This document shows positions 42,446 through 51,490 of a stretch of DNA of 64,000 bases, piece by piece (the first letter of the stretch is position 1; the number at the start of each line of letters is the position of its first letter). The notes under the pieces were generated by a model that was not told the origin of the DNA, ran no database searches, and saw only the letters and a list, made by a program, of their open reading frames with translations. This stretch comes from Porticoccaceae bacterium (lineage in GTDB: Bacteria > Pseudomonadota > Gammaproteobacteria > Pseudomonadales > Porticoccaceae). Location: assembly GCA_050179115.1 (NCBI GenBank), contig JBFXFL010000008.1, forward strand, positions 4,060 through 68,059. Reading direction: 5' to 3'. The translations under genes were made by a program, and so were the position numbers.

Positions 42446-42465
42446 ACTTTCCATCACTTTCCATC
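42446..42465. repeat. Tandem direct repeat, 2 x ACTTTCCATC
   Basis: Two exact adjacent 10-mers in the 490-bp glgB/glgC divergent intergenic region. Confidence 0.8.
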
Positions 42466-42566
42466 GCACGGCAGCCGCCGGCACAAAGCTTGCCCCTTTA
42501 AAGCGTGTTGACAGCTTGCCCGGTGAAACTTCCGACAAGGCTTTCTAACGAAGTGAAGCGCGCAGA

Positions 42567-42632
42567 AATTCGAGGCGGAATGATGGAACGGGACCTCATC
42601 ATCGAATTGTCACAGGCGGCAATGACAATTCG
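42567..42632 (+). promoter_or_regulatory. Two overlapping, mutually exclusive hairpins upstream of glgC
   Basis: Hairpin A: AATTCG (42567-72) pairs with CGAATT (42603-08), and ATGATG (42580-85) pairs with CATCAT (42597-602); its apical loop contains GGGA. Hairpin B: a perfect 10-bp stem CGAATTGTCA (42603-12) / TGACAATTCG (42623-32). The two share nt 42603-42608. Confidence 0.45.
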
Positions 42633-42718
42633 TGTTGCACCCAGTTCCCCGCACCGGAACGCCGGCACCGGCGCACCGCCCCGCGCTGACTGCGTCTGCC
42701 CAACCAGGAGCAATCGAA

Positions 42719-43993
42719 ATGAAGTTCCCCGCTATTCATGCTGACCATTCGTACGCGCCGCGGGAAACGCTGGCACTCATCCTGGCCGGCGGCTCCGGCA
42801 CCCGATTGCACGATCTGACGCGCTGGCACGCCAAGCCCGCGGTGCCCTTCGGAGGGGTCTACAAGACCATCGATTTTCCACTGTCGAACTGCGTCAACTC
42901 CGACATTCGCAAAATCTTCATTCTCACCCAGTACAAGTCGCACTCTCTCAACAGCCATATCCACAAGGGCTGGCACCTGCTGCATCCGGAGCTGGACGAG
43001 TTCATCGAGTTGCTGCCCGCCCAGCAGCGTACCCGCGACTGCTGGTATCTGGGCACCGCCGACGCCGTGCACCAGAACCTGGATCTCATTCGCGAGCAGC
43101 AGCCCGCCCATGTGTTGGTGCTCGCCGGCGACCATATCTACAAGATGGATTATCGGCTGATGCTGAATCGCCACATCGAGAGCGGCGCCGACATGACCAT
43201 CGGCTGTCTCCCGGTGCCATTGCGGGAGGCACAGGACTTCGGTGTGATGACCGTCGACGATGCCGGCTGGGTGCAGGCCTTCCGTGAAAAGCCGTCGCAT
43301 CCCACACCCTGGCCCGAAGACTCCACGCGAGCTCTGGCCTCGATGGGGATTTACGTGTTCGCGCGGGAGTTTCTCGAACGGATACTCGATCATGACGCCC
43401 ATAGCACCAACTCCTGTCACGATTTCGGCAGGGACATCATTCCCCATCTGATCGGTAACGCCCGCATCGCAGCGCATTATTTCGAGGAACCCGCCACCCA
43501 TGTGGCTGGCTACTGGCGCGATGTCGGTACCGTCGACAGCTACTACCAGGCCCACATGGATCTGCTCGCCGTGACTCCGCCCCTCGACCTGTACGATCGC
43601 GACTGGCCCATCTGGACCTATCAGGAACAGTTGCCGCCCTGCAAGTTCGTGTTCGACGACGACGACCGTCGCGGCCAGGCGACGGATTCGATGGTGGCGG
43701 CCGGCTGCATAGTTTCCGGCGCCACCGTGCGCCATTCGCTGCTCAGCACCAATGTCCGGGTCAACAGCTACAGCAGGATTGAAGACTCGGTGATCCTCCC
43801 CAACGTCGACATCGGTCGCAACTGCTACCTGCGCAAAGTGGTGGTGGACACCGGCTGCGCCATTCCCCCCGGCACCGTGATCGGCGTGGACGCGGGGGCG
43901 GACGCGCGGCGTTTTCATGTGTCGCCCCAAGGGATCACGCTGGTTTCGGCAGAGATGTTGGCGCGACAGGTGCCGGAGAGCCATGTCGCCTGA
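42719..43993 (+). CDS. glgC: Glucose-1-phosphate adenylyltransferase
   Basis: ATG 42719 follows AGGAG. Contains LILAGGSGTRLHDLTRWHAKPAVPFGG, FILTQYKSHSL, and a C-terminal left-handed beta-helix. Confidence 0.92.
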   Translation: MKFPAIHADHSYAPRETLALILAGGSGTRLHDLTRWHAKPAVPFGGVYKTIDFPLSNCVNSDIRKIFILTQYKSHSLNSHIHKGWHLLHPELDEFIELLPAQQRTRDCWYLGTADAVHQNLDLIREQQPAHVLVLAGDHIYKMDYRLMLNRHIESGADMTIGCLPVPLREAQDFGVMTVDDAGWVQAFREKPSHPTPWPEDSTRALASMGIYVFAREFLERILDHDAHSTNSCHDFGRDIIPHLIGNARIAAHYFEEPATHVAGYWRDVGTVDSYYQAHMDLLAVTPPLDLYDRDWPIWTYQEQLPPCKFVFDDDDRRGQATDSMVAAGCIVSGATVRHSLLSTNVRVNSYSRIEDSVILPNVDIGRNCYLRKVVVDTGCAIPPGTVIGVDAGADARRFHVSPQGITLVSAEMLARQVPESHVA

Positions 43994-45704
43994 GTACGCG
44001 GCCGCACCTGAGCAAATCGCTGACACTCGCACCGATGTCGTGTTGTGCTGGCACATGCACCAGCCCGAATACCGGGAATCGGACACCGGCCGCTACCAGC
44101 AACCCTGGACCTACCTGCACGGCATCAAGGACTACACCGACATGGCGGCCGCCATCGAGGCGATACCGGAAGCGCGGGCGGTGGTCAATTTCAGTCCCAC
44201 CCTGCTGGAACAGATCGACGACTACGCCCGGCGTTTACGGACCTACCTAGATCACGGGGAGGATCTGCCCGACCCGGTACTGGAGTGGCTGGTCGCCGAG
44301 CAACTACCCGCCGATCCCGAGGTGCGGGCCCGGATCGCCGCCCAGGGGTTGCGCGCCAACGAGCAGCGGCTGATCGCGCGTTTCCCCCCCTATGCGCGCC
44401 TCGCCGCCATGGCCCGCCAGGCCAGCGACGATGCCAGGATCCTGCCCTATCTGTCCGAACAGTTTTTTTTCGACCTGCTGGTGTGGTATCACCTGGCCTG
44501 GTGCGGGGAGTCGCTGCGCACCGGGGACGATCGGGTAAGGCGGTTGATGGCGCAGGAAACTAACTTCGGCCCCGACCAGCGTCGCCTCCTCCTCACGGTG
44601 ATCGCCGATGCCCTCGCCGGCGTCATCCCGCGCTACCGGGCCCTGGCCGAACAGGGCCGCATCGAGCTGTCCGTCACACCCTACAGTCACCCCATCCTGC
44701 CGCTATTGCTTGACCTCCAGAGTGCCCGCGAGGCGGTTCCCGACCTGCCGCTGCCACACTGCCATTATCCGGGTGGCGAGGCACGGGTGCGGAATCAACT
44801 GGCGCGTGCCCGGGTGGTGTTCGAGGGGTTTTTCGGCAGCACCCCGGCGGGCTGCTGGCCCTCGGAAGGAGCCCTCAGCGAAGCCGCAGTCAGGCAGATC
44901 GGGGCGGCGGGTTTCCGCTGGACCGCGAGCGGCCAGGCCGTACTGCGCAACAGCCGCGGCCCGGCCGACCCGGAATCGCCCTGCATTCACCACGCTTATC
45001 GGCTCAGGGAGCTGACCCCCGTCCTTTTTTTTCGCGACGACCGCCTCTCCGACAAAATCGGATTCGAGTACGCGACCTGGCATGCCGAGGACGCGGTCGC
45101 CGATCTGGTTCACCATCTGCAGAACATCGACCGCGCCTGCCAGGACCGGCAGCACCGGGTGGTTTCCATCGTTCTCGATGGCGAGAACTGCTGGGAGTAC
45201 TACCCTCACAATGGGGAATTCTTCCTGCACGCGCTCTACCAGACCCTGGGCCGCCACCCGCGCTTGCGGCTGACCACTTTTTCGAACTCCGGCGCGGATG
45301 CCAGCGCTCCCCTTCCGCTGGCGCACCTCATGGCTGGCAGCTGGGTCTACGGCACCCTCACCACCTGGATCGGAGACCCTGACAAGAATCGCGCCTGGGA
45401 AATGCTCTGTGCCGCCAAGGCCGTCTATGACGAGGTGGTGGCGGCGGGCGAGATGGACGCCCCGCAGCGGGAGCTGGCGGAGCGGCAACTGGCCCTGTGC
45501 GAAGCGTCGGACTGGTGCTGGTGGTTTGGCGACTACAATCCGGCCACTTCCGTAGCGGAATTCGACGCCCTGTTTCGCAGTCATCTGGGACAGCTTTACC
45601 GACTGCTCGGCCGGCCGCTGCCGGCCGCACTGTCCAGCACCCAGTTCGTGGGCCACGGCGCGCCGGAGCTCGGCGGTGTGATGCGCCGCGGCCAGGACGG
45701 CTGA
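43983..45704 (+). CDS. Glycoside hydrolase family 57 protein
   Basis: ATG 43983 follows GGAGAG and overlaps the glgC stop by 11 nt. GH57 conserved regions are present: WHMHQPEY, ELSVTPYSHPILPLL, CWPSEGA (nucleophile Glu), LDGENCWEY (acid/base Asp), EASDWCWWFG. Confidence 0.85.
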   Translation: MSPEYAAAPEQIADTRTDVVLCWHMHQPEYRESDTGRYQQPWTYLHGIKDYTDMAAAIEAIPEARAVVNFSPTLLEQIDDYARRLRTYLDHGEDLPDPVLEWLVAEQLPADPEVRARIAAQGLRANEQRLIARFPPYARLAAMARQASDDARILPYLSEQFFFDLLVWYHLAWCGESLRTGDDRVRRLMAQETNFGPDQRRLLLTVIADALAGVIPRYRALAEQGRIELSVTPYSHPILPLLLDLQSAREAVPDLPLPHCHYPGGEARVRNQLARARVVFEGFFGSTPAGCWPSEGALSEAAVRQIGAAGFRWTASGQAVLRNSRGPADPESPCIHHAYRLRELTPVLFFRDDRLSDKIGFEYATWHAEDAVADLVHHLQNIDRACQDRQHRVVSIVLDGENCWEYYPHNGEFFLHALYQTLGRHPRLRLTTFSNSGADASAPLPLAHLMAGSWVYGTLTTWIGDPDKNRAWEMLCAAKAVYDEVVAAGEMDAPQRELAERQLALCEASDWCWWFGDYNPATSVAEFDALFRSHLGQLYRLLGRPLPAALSSTQFVGHGAPELGGVMRRGQDG

Positions 45705-45716
45705 GAGCGGCCGGCG

Positions 45717-47126
45717 GTGACAGATGCCGCCGCTTCACAGGGTCCGCTGACGGGCCGCGCCAGCGGCGTATTGCTCCACCCTTCCTCGCTGCCGGGCCCG
45801 GGGCCGCATGGCACCTTCGAGGCAGCCTATCGGTTTGTCGATTTTCTCGCGGCGGCGGGGTTCGGCTACTGGCAGATGTTGCCGCTGGGACCCACCGACC
45901 GCTACGGCTCGCCCTATCAGTCCGAGTCCGCCTTTGCCGGCAACCCCAGGTTGCTGGCGCCCGATCTGGAGGCCAGGGTGGCAGAGCCGTGGCTGGGGTC
46001 GGAGTTCACGGATTTTCTCGACGCCACCCATCACTGGCTGGACGATTACGCACTCTATCGGGTAATCCGGACCCGTCACCCCGATTGCGGCTGGCACCAG
46101 TGGCCGGAACCGCTGCGCCACCGCCACCCCGACGCCCTGGCGGCGGTGCGGCGGGAGGGTACCGATATGTATCGGGCGGTACAGATCGAGCAATTCCGGT
46201 TTGATCACCAGTGGCGAGCGTTGCGGGGCTATGCCGCAGCCCGGGGCGTGCGCGTGATTGGCGACCTCCCGCTGTTCGTGGCTTACGACAGCGCCGATGT
46301 CTGGAGCCATCCGGAGCAGTTCCTGCTGGACGAAGCCGGCCGGGCCTTGGCCGTGGCGGGGGTGCCGCCGGATTATTTCTCCGCCACCGGCCAGTGGTGG
46401 GGGAACCCCCATTACCGCTGGGAAGCGATGGCGCGGGATGGGTTCCGCTGGTGGCGCCAGCGCCTGAATCACCTGACGCGACAGTTCGACCTGGTGCGTT
46501 TCGACCACTTTCGCGGTCTCGAAGCCTGCTGGGAAATCCCGGCCGGCGCCGCCTCGGCGGCCGAGGGCCGCTGGGTGCCCGGCCCCGGAGCACAACTGCT
46601 GGATGCACTGGCCCAGGACCATTCGCCGCTGCCCCTGATCGCCGAGGATCTGGGCGTGATCACCCCGGCAGTGGAGGAGCTGCGCGACCGCTATGGCCTG
46701 CCGGGCATGAAGATCCTCCAGTTCGCCTTCGACAGCGATGCCAGCAATCCCTACCTGCCCCACAACCATCCATCCAACGCGGTGGTCTATACCGGTACCC
46801 ACGACAACGACACCACCCTCGGCTGGTTTCGCGGACTCGCCACCGCGCACCGGCAACGCGTGCTCGAATATCTTGGTCTGCCCCCCGACTCCATGCCCTG
46901 GCCACTGATCCGCGCCGCCTTGGCCTCGGCGGCGCGGCTGACAATCATTCCGATGCAGGATTTATTGGGGCTGGGCAGCGCGCGGCGGATGAACATCCCC
47001 GGCACCTGCGGTGGCGGCAACTGGCGTTTTCGCTTCACCTGGGAAGAAGTTCCGGACCATCTGGCCGCGCACTTGCGGGAACTGAACTGCCGTTACGAGC
47101 GCGCTCCGACGGCGCCGCGACCCTGA
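45717..47126 (+). CDS. malQ: 4-alpha-glucanotransferase (amylomaltase, GH77)
   Basis: GTG start. Contains GVLLHPSSLPG, YWQMLPLGPT, GDLPLFVAYDSADVW, FDLVRFDHFRG, IAEDLG, YTGTHDNDT. Confidence 0.9.
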   Translation: MTDAAASQGPLTGRASGVLLHPSSLPGPGPHGTFEAAYRFVDFLAAAGFGYWQMLPLGPTDRYGSPYQSESAFAGNPRLLAPDLEARVAEPWLGSEFTDFLDATHHWLDDYALYRVIRTRHPDCGWHQWPEPLRHRHPDALAAVRREGTDMYRAVQIEQFRFDHQWRALRGYAAARGVRVIGDLPLFVAYDSADVWSHPEQFLLDEAGRALAVAGVPPDYFSATGQWWGNPHYRWEAMARDGFRWWRQRLNHLTRQFDLVRFDHFRGLEACWEIPAGAASAAEGRWVPGPGAQLLDALAQDHSPLPLIAEDLGVITPAVEELRDRYGLPGMKILQFAFDSDASNPYLPHNHPSNAVVYTGTHDNDTTLGWFRGLATAHRQRVLEYLGLPPDSMPWPLIRAALASAARLTIIPMQDLLGLGSARRMNIPGTCGGGNWRFRFTWEEVPDHLAAHLRELNCRYERAPTAPRP

Positions 47127-47161
47127 GTTAGCAGGGCACGCGCCGCGAACGATCGCCGCGT

Positions 47162-49723
47162 TCACACCCAGAGCATGCGACCCATCTCGAACGGATGGGC
47201 GAGCAACTCGTGGTGGGGGTAGACCCGCAGCATGTAGGACTGCAGGCCCGGGGCTGTCGGTTTGAGTTCGATGCAAAACAGGGCGCGGCCGTCCGCTGTG
47301 TTACCGCAGTGACGCAAGGCGTGGTGCGACCGGGGACTGAACTCACCCTCCCGCGATTCCACTCCCAGCACGCAATCCACCACCAGGTCAGCCGGAGTCA
47401 GAGTCCCCAGCTCCACCGCCACCCGGATGGGCAGCGCTTCGTCCGAGAGAACATCGGTCAGGGGCACATCCAGACGCTCGATCCTGACCGCGGGCCAGCC
47501 GGTGCTGATTTTTTTCTTCCAGGCCGCGAGGGACTTCGCTCCTGCCCAGTCATTCGCAGCCACCCGCTCACCCTGGCGGCTCGCCGGCAGATAGTGCTCG
47601 CGCACATAGTCGGCCACCATGCGTTCGGCATTGAAACGGGGAATGGTGGTTTTCATCGCCGCCTTGGCGCGCACTACCCAGCGGCGCGAATAGCCGTGGC
47701 TGTTGCGATCGAAATAGAGCGGCACCACCTGGCGTTCGAGCAGATCGAGCAATTCGCCGGCTTCCTCGCGGTCGCGAAATTCCTGCGAGTACTGCGGCCC
47801 ATGAGGCGTGATGCCCCAGCCGTTGTCGCCGGTATGGCCCTCCGCCCACCAGCCGTCCAGCACACTCAGGTTGAGGACACCGTTGATCGCTGCCTTCTGA
47901 CCCGAGGTACCGCTCGCCTCCTGAGGGTACTGGGGGGTGTTGAGCCAGACATCCACCCCGGCGACCAGCTTGCGCGCCAGGGCAATGTCGTAGTTCTCCA
48001 CGAGCAGGATCTTGCCCTCGAATTCCGGCTTGCGTGAATAATGATGGATGGCGCGAATCAGTGCCTGGCCGGGCTGATCGCTGGGGTGTGCTTTCCCCGC
48101 AAAAACAAAGACCACCGGCCGCTCGGGGTCGTTGACCAGGCGCGCCAGCCGCGCCTCATCGGAAAACACCAGGGTTGCGCGTTTGTAGGTGGCAAAGCGG
48201 CGCGCGAAACCGACCATCATGACGCCGCGCTCGCCCTGTTCGAGATGGCGGGTCATGCGGGCGATCTGCGCCTTGCTGAAGCCGTTGCGCGTCTGCTGCC
48301 GGGTAATGCGTTCGGTCAAGGCCTCCGCCAGCTTGGATTTCAGGTGCTCGCGCTGGCTCCAGAATATGTGGTCGGGAATCTCGTCGATCTGGCGCCAATA
48401 GTCGCCATTGGACAGCTCATTGCGCCAGCTGCCGCCGAACTGCTGGTTGAAATAGACAATCCATTCCCGCGCCAGAAAGGTGGGCACATGGATACCGTTA
48501 GTGACATGGCGCATCGGATTTTCGGCCGGCTCGATCTGCGGCCAGATGTAGCCCTCCATGTGGGAAGCGACGCCGCCGTGAATGGCGCTGACACCGTTTT
48601 GGAACCGGGAGCCGCGCAGGGCGAGCGCAGTCATGTTGAAACGATGCTCCCCGCCCGGGCTCGCGCCCAACGCCAGAAACTCGTCCATGGAAACATTCAG
48701 TTCGGCGACATAATGCGCCAGATAATGGCGTATCAGGCTGTGCTCGAAGAGGTCATGCCCGGCCGCCACCGGAGTGTGCGTGGTGAATACCGTACTCGCC
48801 GCCACCGCTTCGAAGGCACTGGCGAAATCCAGCCCTTGCGCCACCAGTTCGCGACAGCGCTCGACCACCTGAAAGGCCGAATGACCCTCGTTGATATGCC
48901 ATACGGTCGGCGCCAGCCCCAGTGCCCGCTGGGCCCGCACGCCGCCGATCCCGAGCACGATCTCCTGCTGAATCCGGTTGACCTCGCCGCCGCCGTAAAG
49001 CTGGTAGGTGATGGCGCGATCCTCCATCGAGTTTTGCTCGATGTCGGAATCCAGCAGATACAGCTTGATATGACCGACCTGCGCCACCCAGACCCGCAGC
49101 CATACATCGCGCTCGGCCATGCGCACCGGGACGATCAGGGGTTTGCCCTCCTTGCAGGTGGCACAGGCGAGAGGCAGATCCTCGAAGCGGGACGGCGTGT
49201 AGCTCGCGATCTGGTTGCCTTCGGCGTCGATGGCCTGGTTGAAATACCCCCGCCGATAGAGAATCCCTACCGCGACGAAAGGCACATCCATGTCGCTCAT
49301 CGCCTTGCAGTAGTCGCCAGCCAGGATTCCCAACCCTCCAGAATAGATCGGGAAACTCTCATGGAGGCCGTATTCGGCACAGGAATAGGACACCAGATCG
49401 CGCCCCTCCTCGAGCGGGCTGCGGTCGCGATCGGCGCGATTGCGAAACTCAAGATAGCTATCGTAGGCCGACATCACACCGCGAAAATTCTGGAGGAACA
49501 CCGGATCGGACGCGGCTTTCTCCAGCCGGTCCTGCCCGACGCGACGCAGGAACACCTTGGGATTGTGACCGCACTCTTCCCAGAGTTCGCAGTCGAGCCG
49601 GAAAAACAGCGCGCGCACGCCGCGTTCCCAACTGTAGATCAGGTTGTTCGCAAGCTGCTCCAGACCCTGTAACTCGGGCGGAATACGGGGCTGGACTTCG
49701 AGCGAAAAACGGGTACCGGGCAT
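47162..49723 (-). CDS. glgP: Alpha-glucan phosphorylase (GT35)
   Basis: 853 aa. YSGGLGILAGD near the N-terminus and the PLP-lysine region EASGTSGQKAAINGVLNLSVLDGWW. Confidence 0.88.
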   Translation of the reverse strand: MPGTRFSLEVQPRIPPELQGLEQLANNLIYSWERGVRALFFRLDCELWEECGHNPKVFLRRVGQDRLEKAASDPVFLQNFRGVMSAYDSYLEFRNRADRDRSPLEEGRDLVSYSCAEYGLHESFPIYSGGLGILAGDYCKAMSDMDVPFVAVGILYRRGYFNQAIDAEGNQIASYTPSRFEDLPLACATCKEGKPLIVPVRMAERDVWLRVWVAQVGHIKLYLLDSDIEQNSMEDRAITYQLYGGGEVNRIQQEIVLGIGGVRAQRALGLAPTVWHINEGHSAFQVVERCRELVAQGLDFASAFEAVAASTVFTTHTPVAAGHDLFEHSLIRHYLAHYVAELNVSMDEFLALGASPGGEHRFNMTALALRGSRFQNGVSAIHGGVASHMEGYIWPQIEPAENPMRHVTNGIHVPTFLAREWIVYFNQQFGGSWRNELSNGDYWRQIDEIPDHIFWSQREHLKSKLAEALTERITRQQTRNGFSKAQIARMTRHLEQGERGVMMVGFARRFATYKRATLVFSDEARLARLVNDPERPVVFVFAGKAHPSDQPGQALIRAIHHYSRKPEFEGKILLVENYDIALARKLVAGVDVWLNTPQYPQEASGTSGQKAAINGVLNLSVLDGWWAEGHTGDNGWGITPHGPQYSQEFRDREEAGELLDLLERQVVPLYFDRNSHGYSRRWVVRAKAAMKTTIPRFNAERMVADYVREHYLPASRQGERVAANDWAGAKSLAAWKKKISTGWPAVRIERLDVPLTDVLSDEALPIRVAVELGTLTPADLVVDCVLGVESREGEFSPRSHHALRHCGNTADGRALFCIELKPTAPGLQSYMLRVYPHHELLAHPFEMGRMLWV

Positions 49724-49906
49724 GGTGTCAGGCGCTTCAGTTGGCGGAGGAAAGGTGCGCGACGATTTCGCGCCGGGAACACGGAAATGCGCTCCCGAAC
49801 GTTCCCATCATAGCAGCGTGCAAGGCAAGTTCTGTGGCACGTTCCGCAGTGACAAAGCAGGCCAAACCGACCATGCTGACGGCGCCACTCCAGCGCAGGG
49901 TAACCC

Positions 49907-50878
49907 ATGATTCTTGCCGGTGATCTCGGTGGCACCCACGCCCGGCTCGCCATCTTTCCGCGTGACCCAGGCGCTGAAGCAGCGGCGAGCGCACAGTTTG
50001 CCAGTGCCGACTACCCGAGCTTTGCCATGCTCCTGGACGCTTTCCGCGCCAGCCACCCGGATCTTGTACTGACACGCTGCGCCCTGGCCGTGGCGGGGCC
50101 GGTAATCGACGGCCGCTGCCACACCACCAACCTGCCCTGGCACCTGGACGCCCGGGAAATCGCGCTCACGCTGGGCCTGACCCCGCGTGACGTCATCCTG
50201 CTCAACGATGTGGAAGCCGCTGCGCTGGGCCTGCCGGCGGTACCGGCCGAACGCTTCGCGGTACTGCAACGCGGGGATCCGGAAGCGTGCGGCAATCAGG
50301 CGCTGATCGCCCCGGGTACCGGACTCGGCGAAGCGATCCTCTATTGGGACGGCAGACGCCACCATGCCTTCGCCACCGAGGGCGGGCACTGCGATTTCGC
50401 GCCTCGCAACGAACTGGAAGCCGAGCTCCTGCATCACGCCGTGCGCCGGTTTCCCGCCCATGTCAGCGTTGAGCGCCTGATCTCGGGTCCCGGCATTGCC
50501 CTCATTCACGAATTTCTATGCACCCGCGATGGCAGTCATCCGGTCTGGATGCCTCCCTCAGGCGCCGATGCCAGCCCGGCGATCAGCGCCCGCGCCCTGA
50601 CCGGCGTGGATCCCCTGTGCATCCAGACGTTGACGCTGTACGCGGCGCTGCTGGGTGCCGAGGCAGGGAACCTGGCGCTGAAGGCGATGGCCGTCGGCGG
50701 GGTGATCATCGCCGGTGGCGTTGCCCCGAAAATTCTGCCCGCCCTCGCCGATGGCGTGTTGCTCGAAAATTTTCTCGCCAAGGGCCGCTTCCGGGGACTG
50801 TTGCAGCGGATACCGCTGACAATCTGCCTGGACGAACGCGCGCCGCTGCTGGGTGCCCTGCGTCGGTCCCGAGCGTGA
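49907..50878 (+). CDS. glk: Glucokinase
   Basis: MILAGDLGGTHARLAIF (ATP-binding DxGGT) and Glk-type spacing through GGVIIAGGVAPK. Confidence 0.88.
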   Translation: MILAGDLGGTHARLAIFPRDPGAEAAASAQFASADYPSFAMLLDAFRASHPDLVLTRCALAVAGPVIDGRCHTTNLPWHLDAREIALTLGLTPRDVILLNDVEAAALGLPAVPAERFAVLQRGDPEACGNQALIAPGTGLGEAILYWDGRRHHAFATEGGHCDFAPRNELEAELLHHAVRRFPAHVSVERLISGPGIALIHEFLCTRDGSHPVWMPPSGADASPAISARALTGVDPLCIQTLTLYAALLGAEAGNLALKAMAVGGVIIAGGVAPKILPALADGVLLENFLAKGRFRGLLQRIPLTICLDERAPLLGALRRSRA

Positions 50879-50971
50879 CGAGGGATCGGAGGGCATCCTG
50901 AAAGAATCCTTGGCTTGCGTCCAGGCACGATCGAACGGATACTTAACTATAAGCACCGCATATCGATAGCA

Positions 50972-50987
50972 ATCCATGAGCATGGAT
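50972..50987. promoter_or_regulatory. Palindrome overlapping the MarR-family gene start codon (candidate auto-operator)
   Basis: ATCCATG-AG-CATGGAT, a perfect 7-2-7 inverted repeat. The marR ATG is at 50976. An 8-bp palindrome TATCGATA lies just upstream at 50961-50968. Confidence 0.4.
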
Positions 50988-51413
50988 AAAGACAGTCTGG
51001 GCTTTCTGGTCGCCGACGTTTCGCGGCTGCTGCGTTCCGCCTTTCAGCAACGCCTCGGCGCGGGTGGGCTGACCTTCATGCAGGCGCGAACATTGGTCTA
51101 TGTGTCGCGCCACGAGGGCGTGCGCCAGAACCAGCTGGCGGAGCTGCTGGAAACCCAGCCCATCACGCTGGTCCACATCATCGATCAGCTCGAAGCCCGC
51201 CGACTGGTCAAGCGCGTCACCGACACTCGCGACCGGCGCGCCAAGCTGATTTATCTTGCGCCCGCATCCCAGCCTGTGCTCGACGCGGTCGAGGCGGTGG
51301 TCGAAGCCATCCGCAGCGACGCCATGCTGGGCTTGGATGCCCAGGAAGCCAACTTCGCGATGGCGGCACTGTACCGTATGCGTGAGAACCTGAACCCGGA
51401 AAGCTGTACCTGA
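50976..51413 (+). CDS. MarR family transcriptional regulator
   Basis: 145 aa winged-helix pattern (LTFMQARTLVYVSRHEGVRQNQLAELLETQPITLVHIIDQLEARRLVKRVTDTRDRRAKLIYL). Confidence 0.85.
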   Translation: MSMDKDSLGFLVADVSRLLRSAFQQRLGAGGLTFMQARTLVYVSRHEGVRQNQLAELLETQPITLVHIIDQLEARRLVKRVTDTRDRRAKLIYLAPASQPVLDAVEAVVEAIRSDAMLGLDAQEANFAMAALYRMRENLNPESCT

Positions 51414-51445
51414 GGGATAGCGGCGGATGGCGCGGACAACGCATC

Positions 51446-51473
51446 GGCCGGAAGCGCCGCAGCGCTTCCGGCC
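51446..51473. terminator. Bidirectional hairpin terminator between convergent marR and sucD
   Basis: Perfect 12-bp GC-rich stem GGCCGGAAGCGC / GCGCTTCCGGCC with a 4-nt loop. Confidence 0.6.
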
Positions 51474-51490
51474 GCGCGATTATCGATCGA

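Noticed and set aside
42508-42513. Perfect TTGACA as the glgC promoter -35
   Set aside because: No acceptable -10 hexamer lies 16-19 nt downstream, so it is mentioned only as context.
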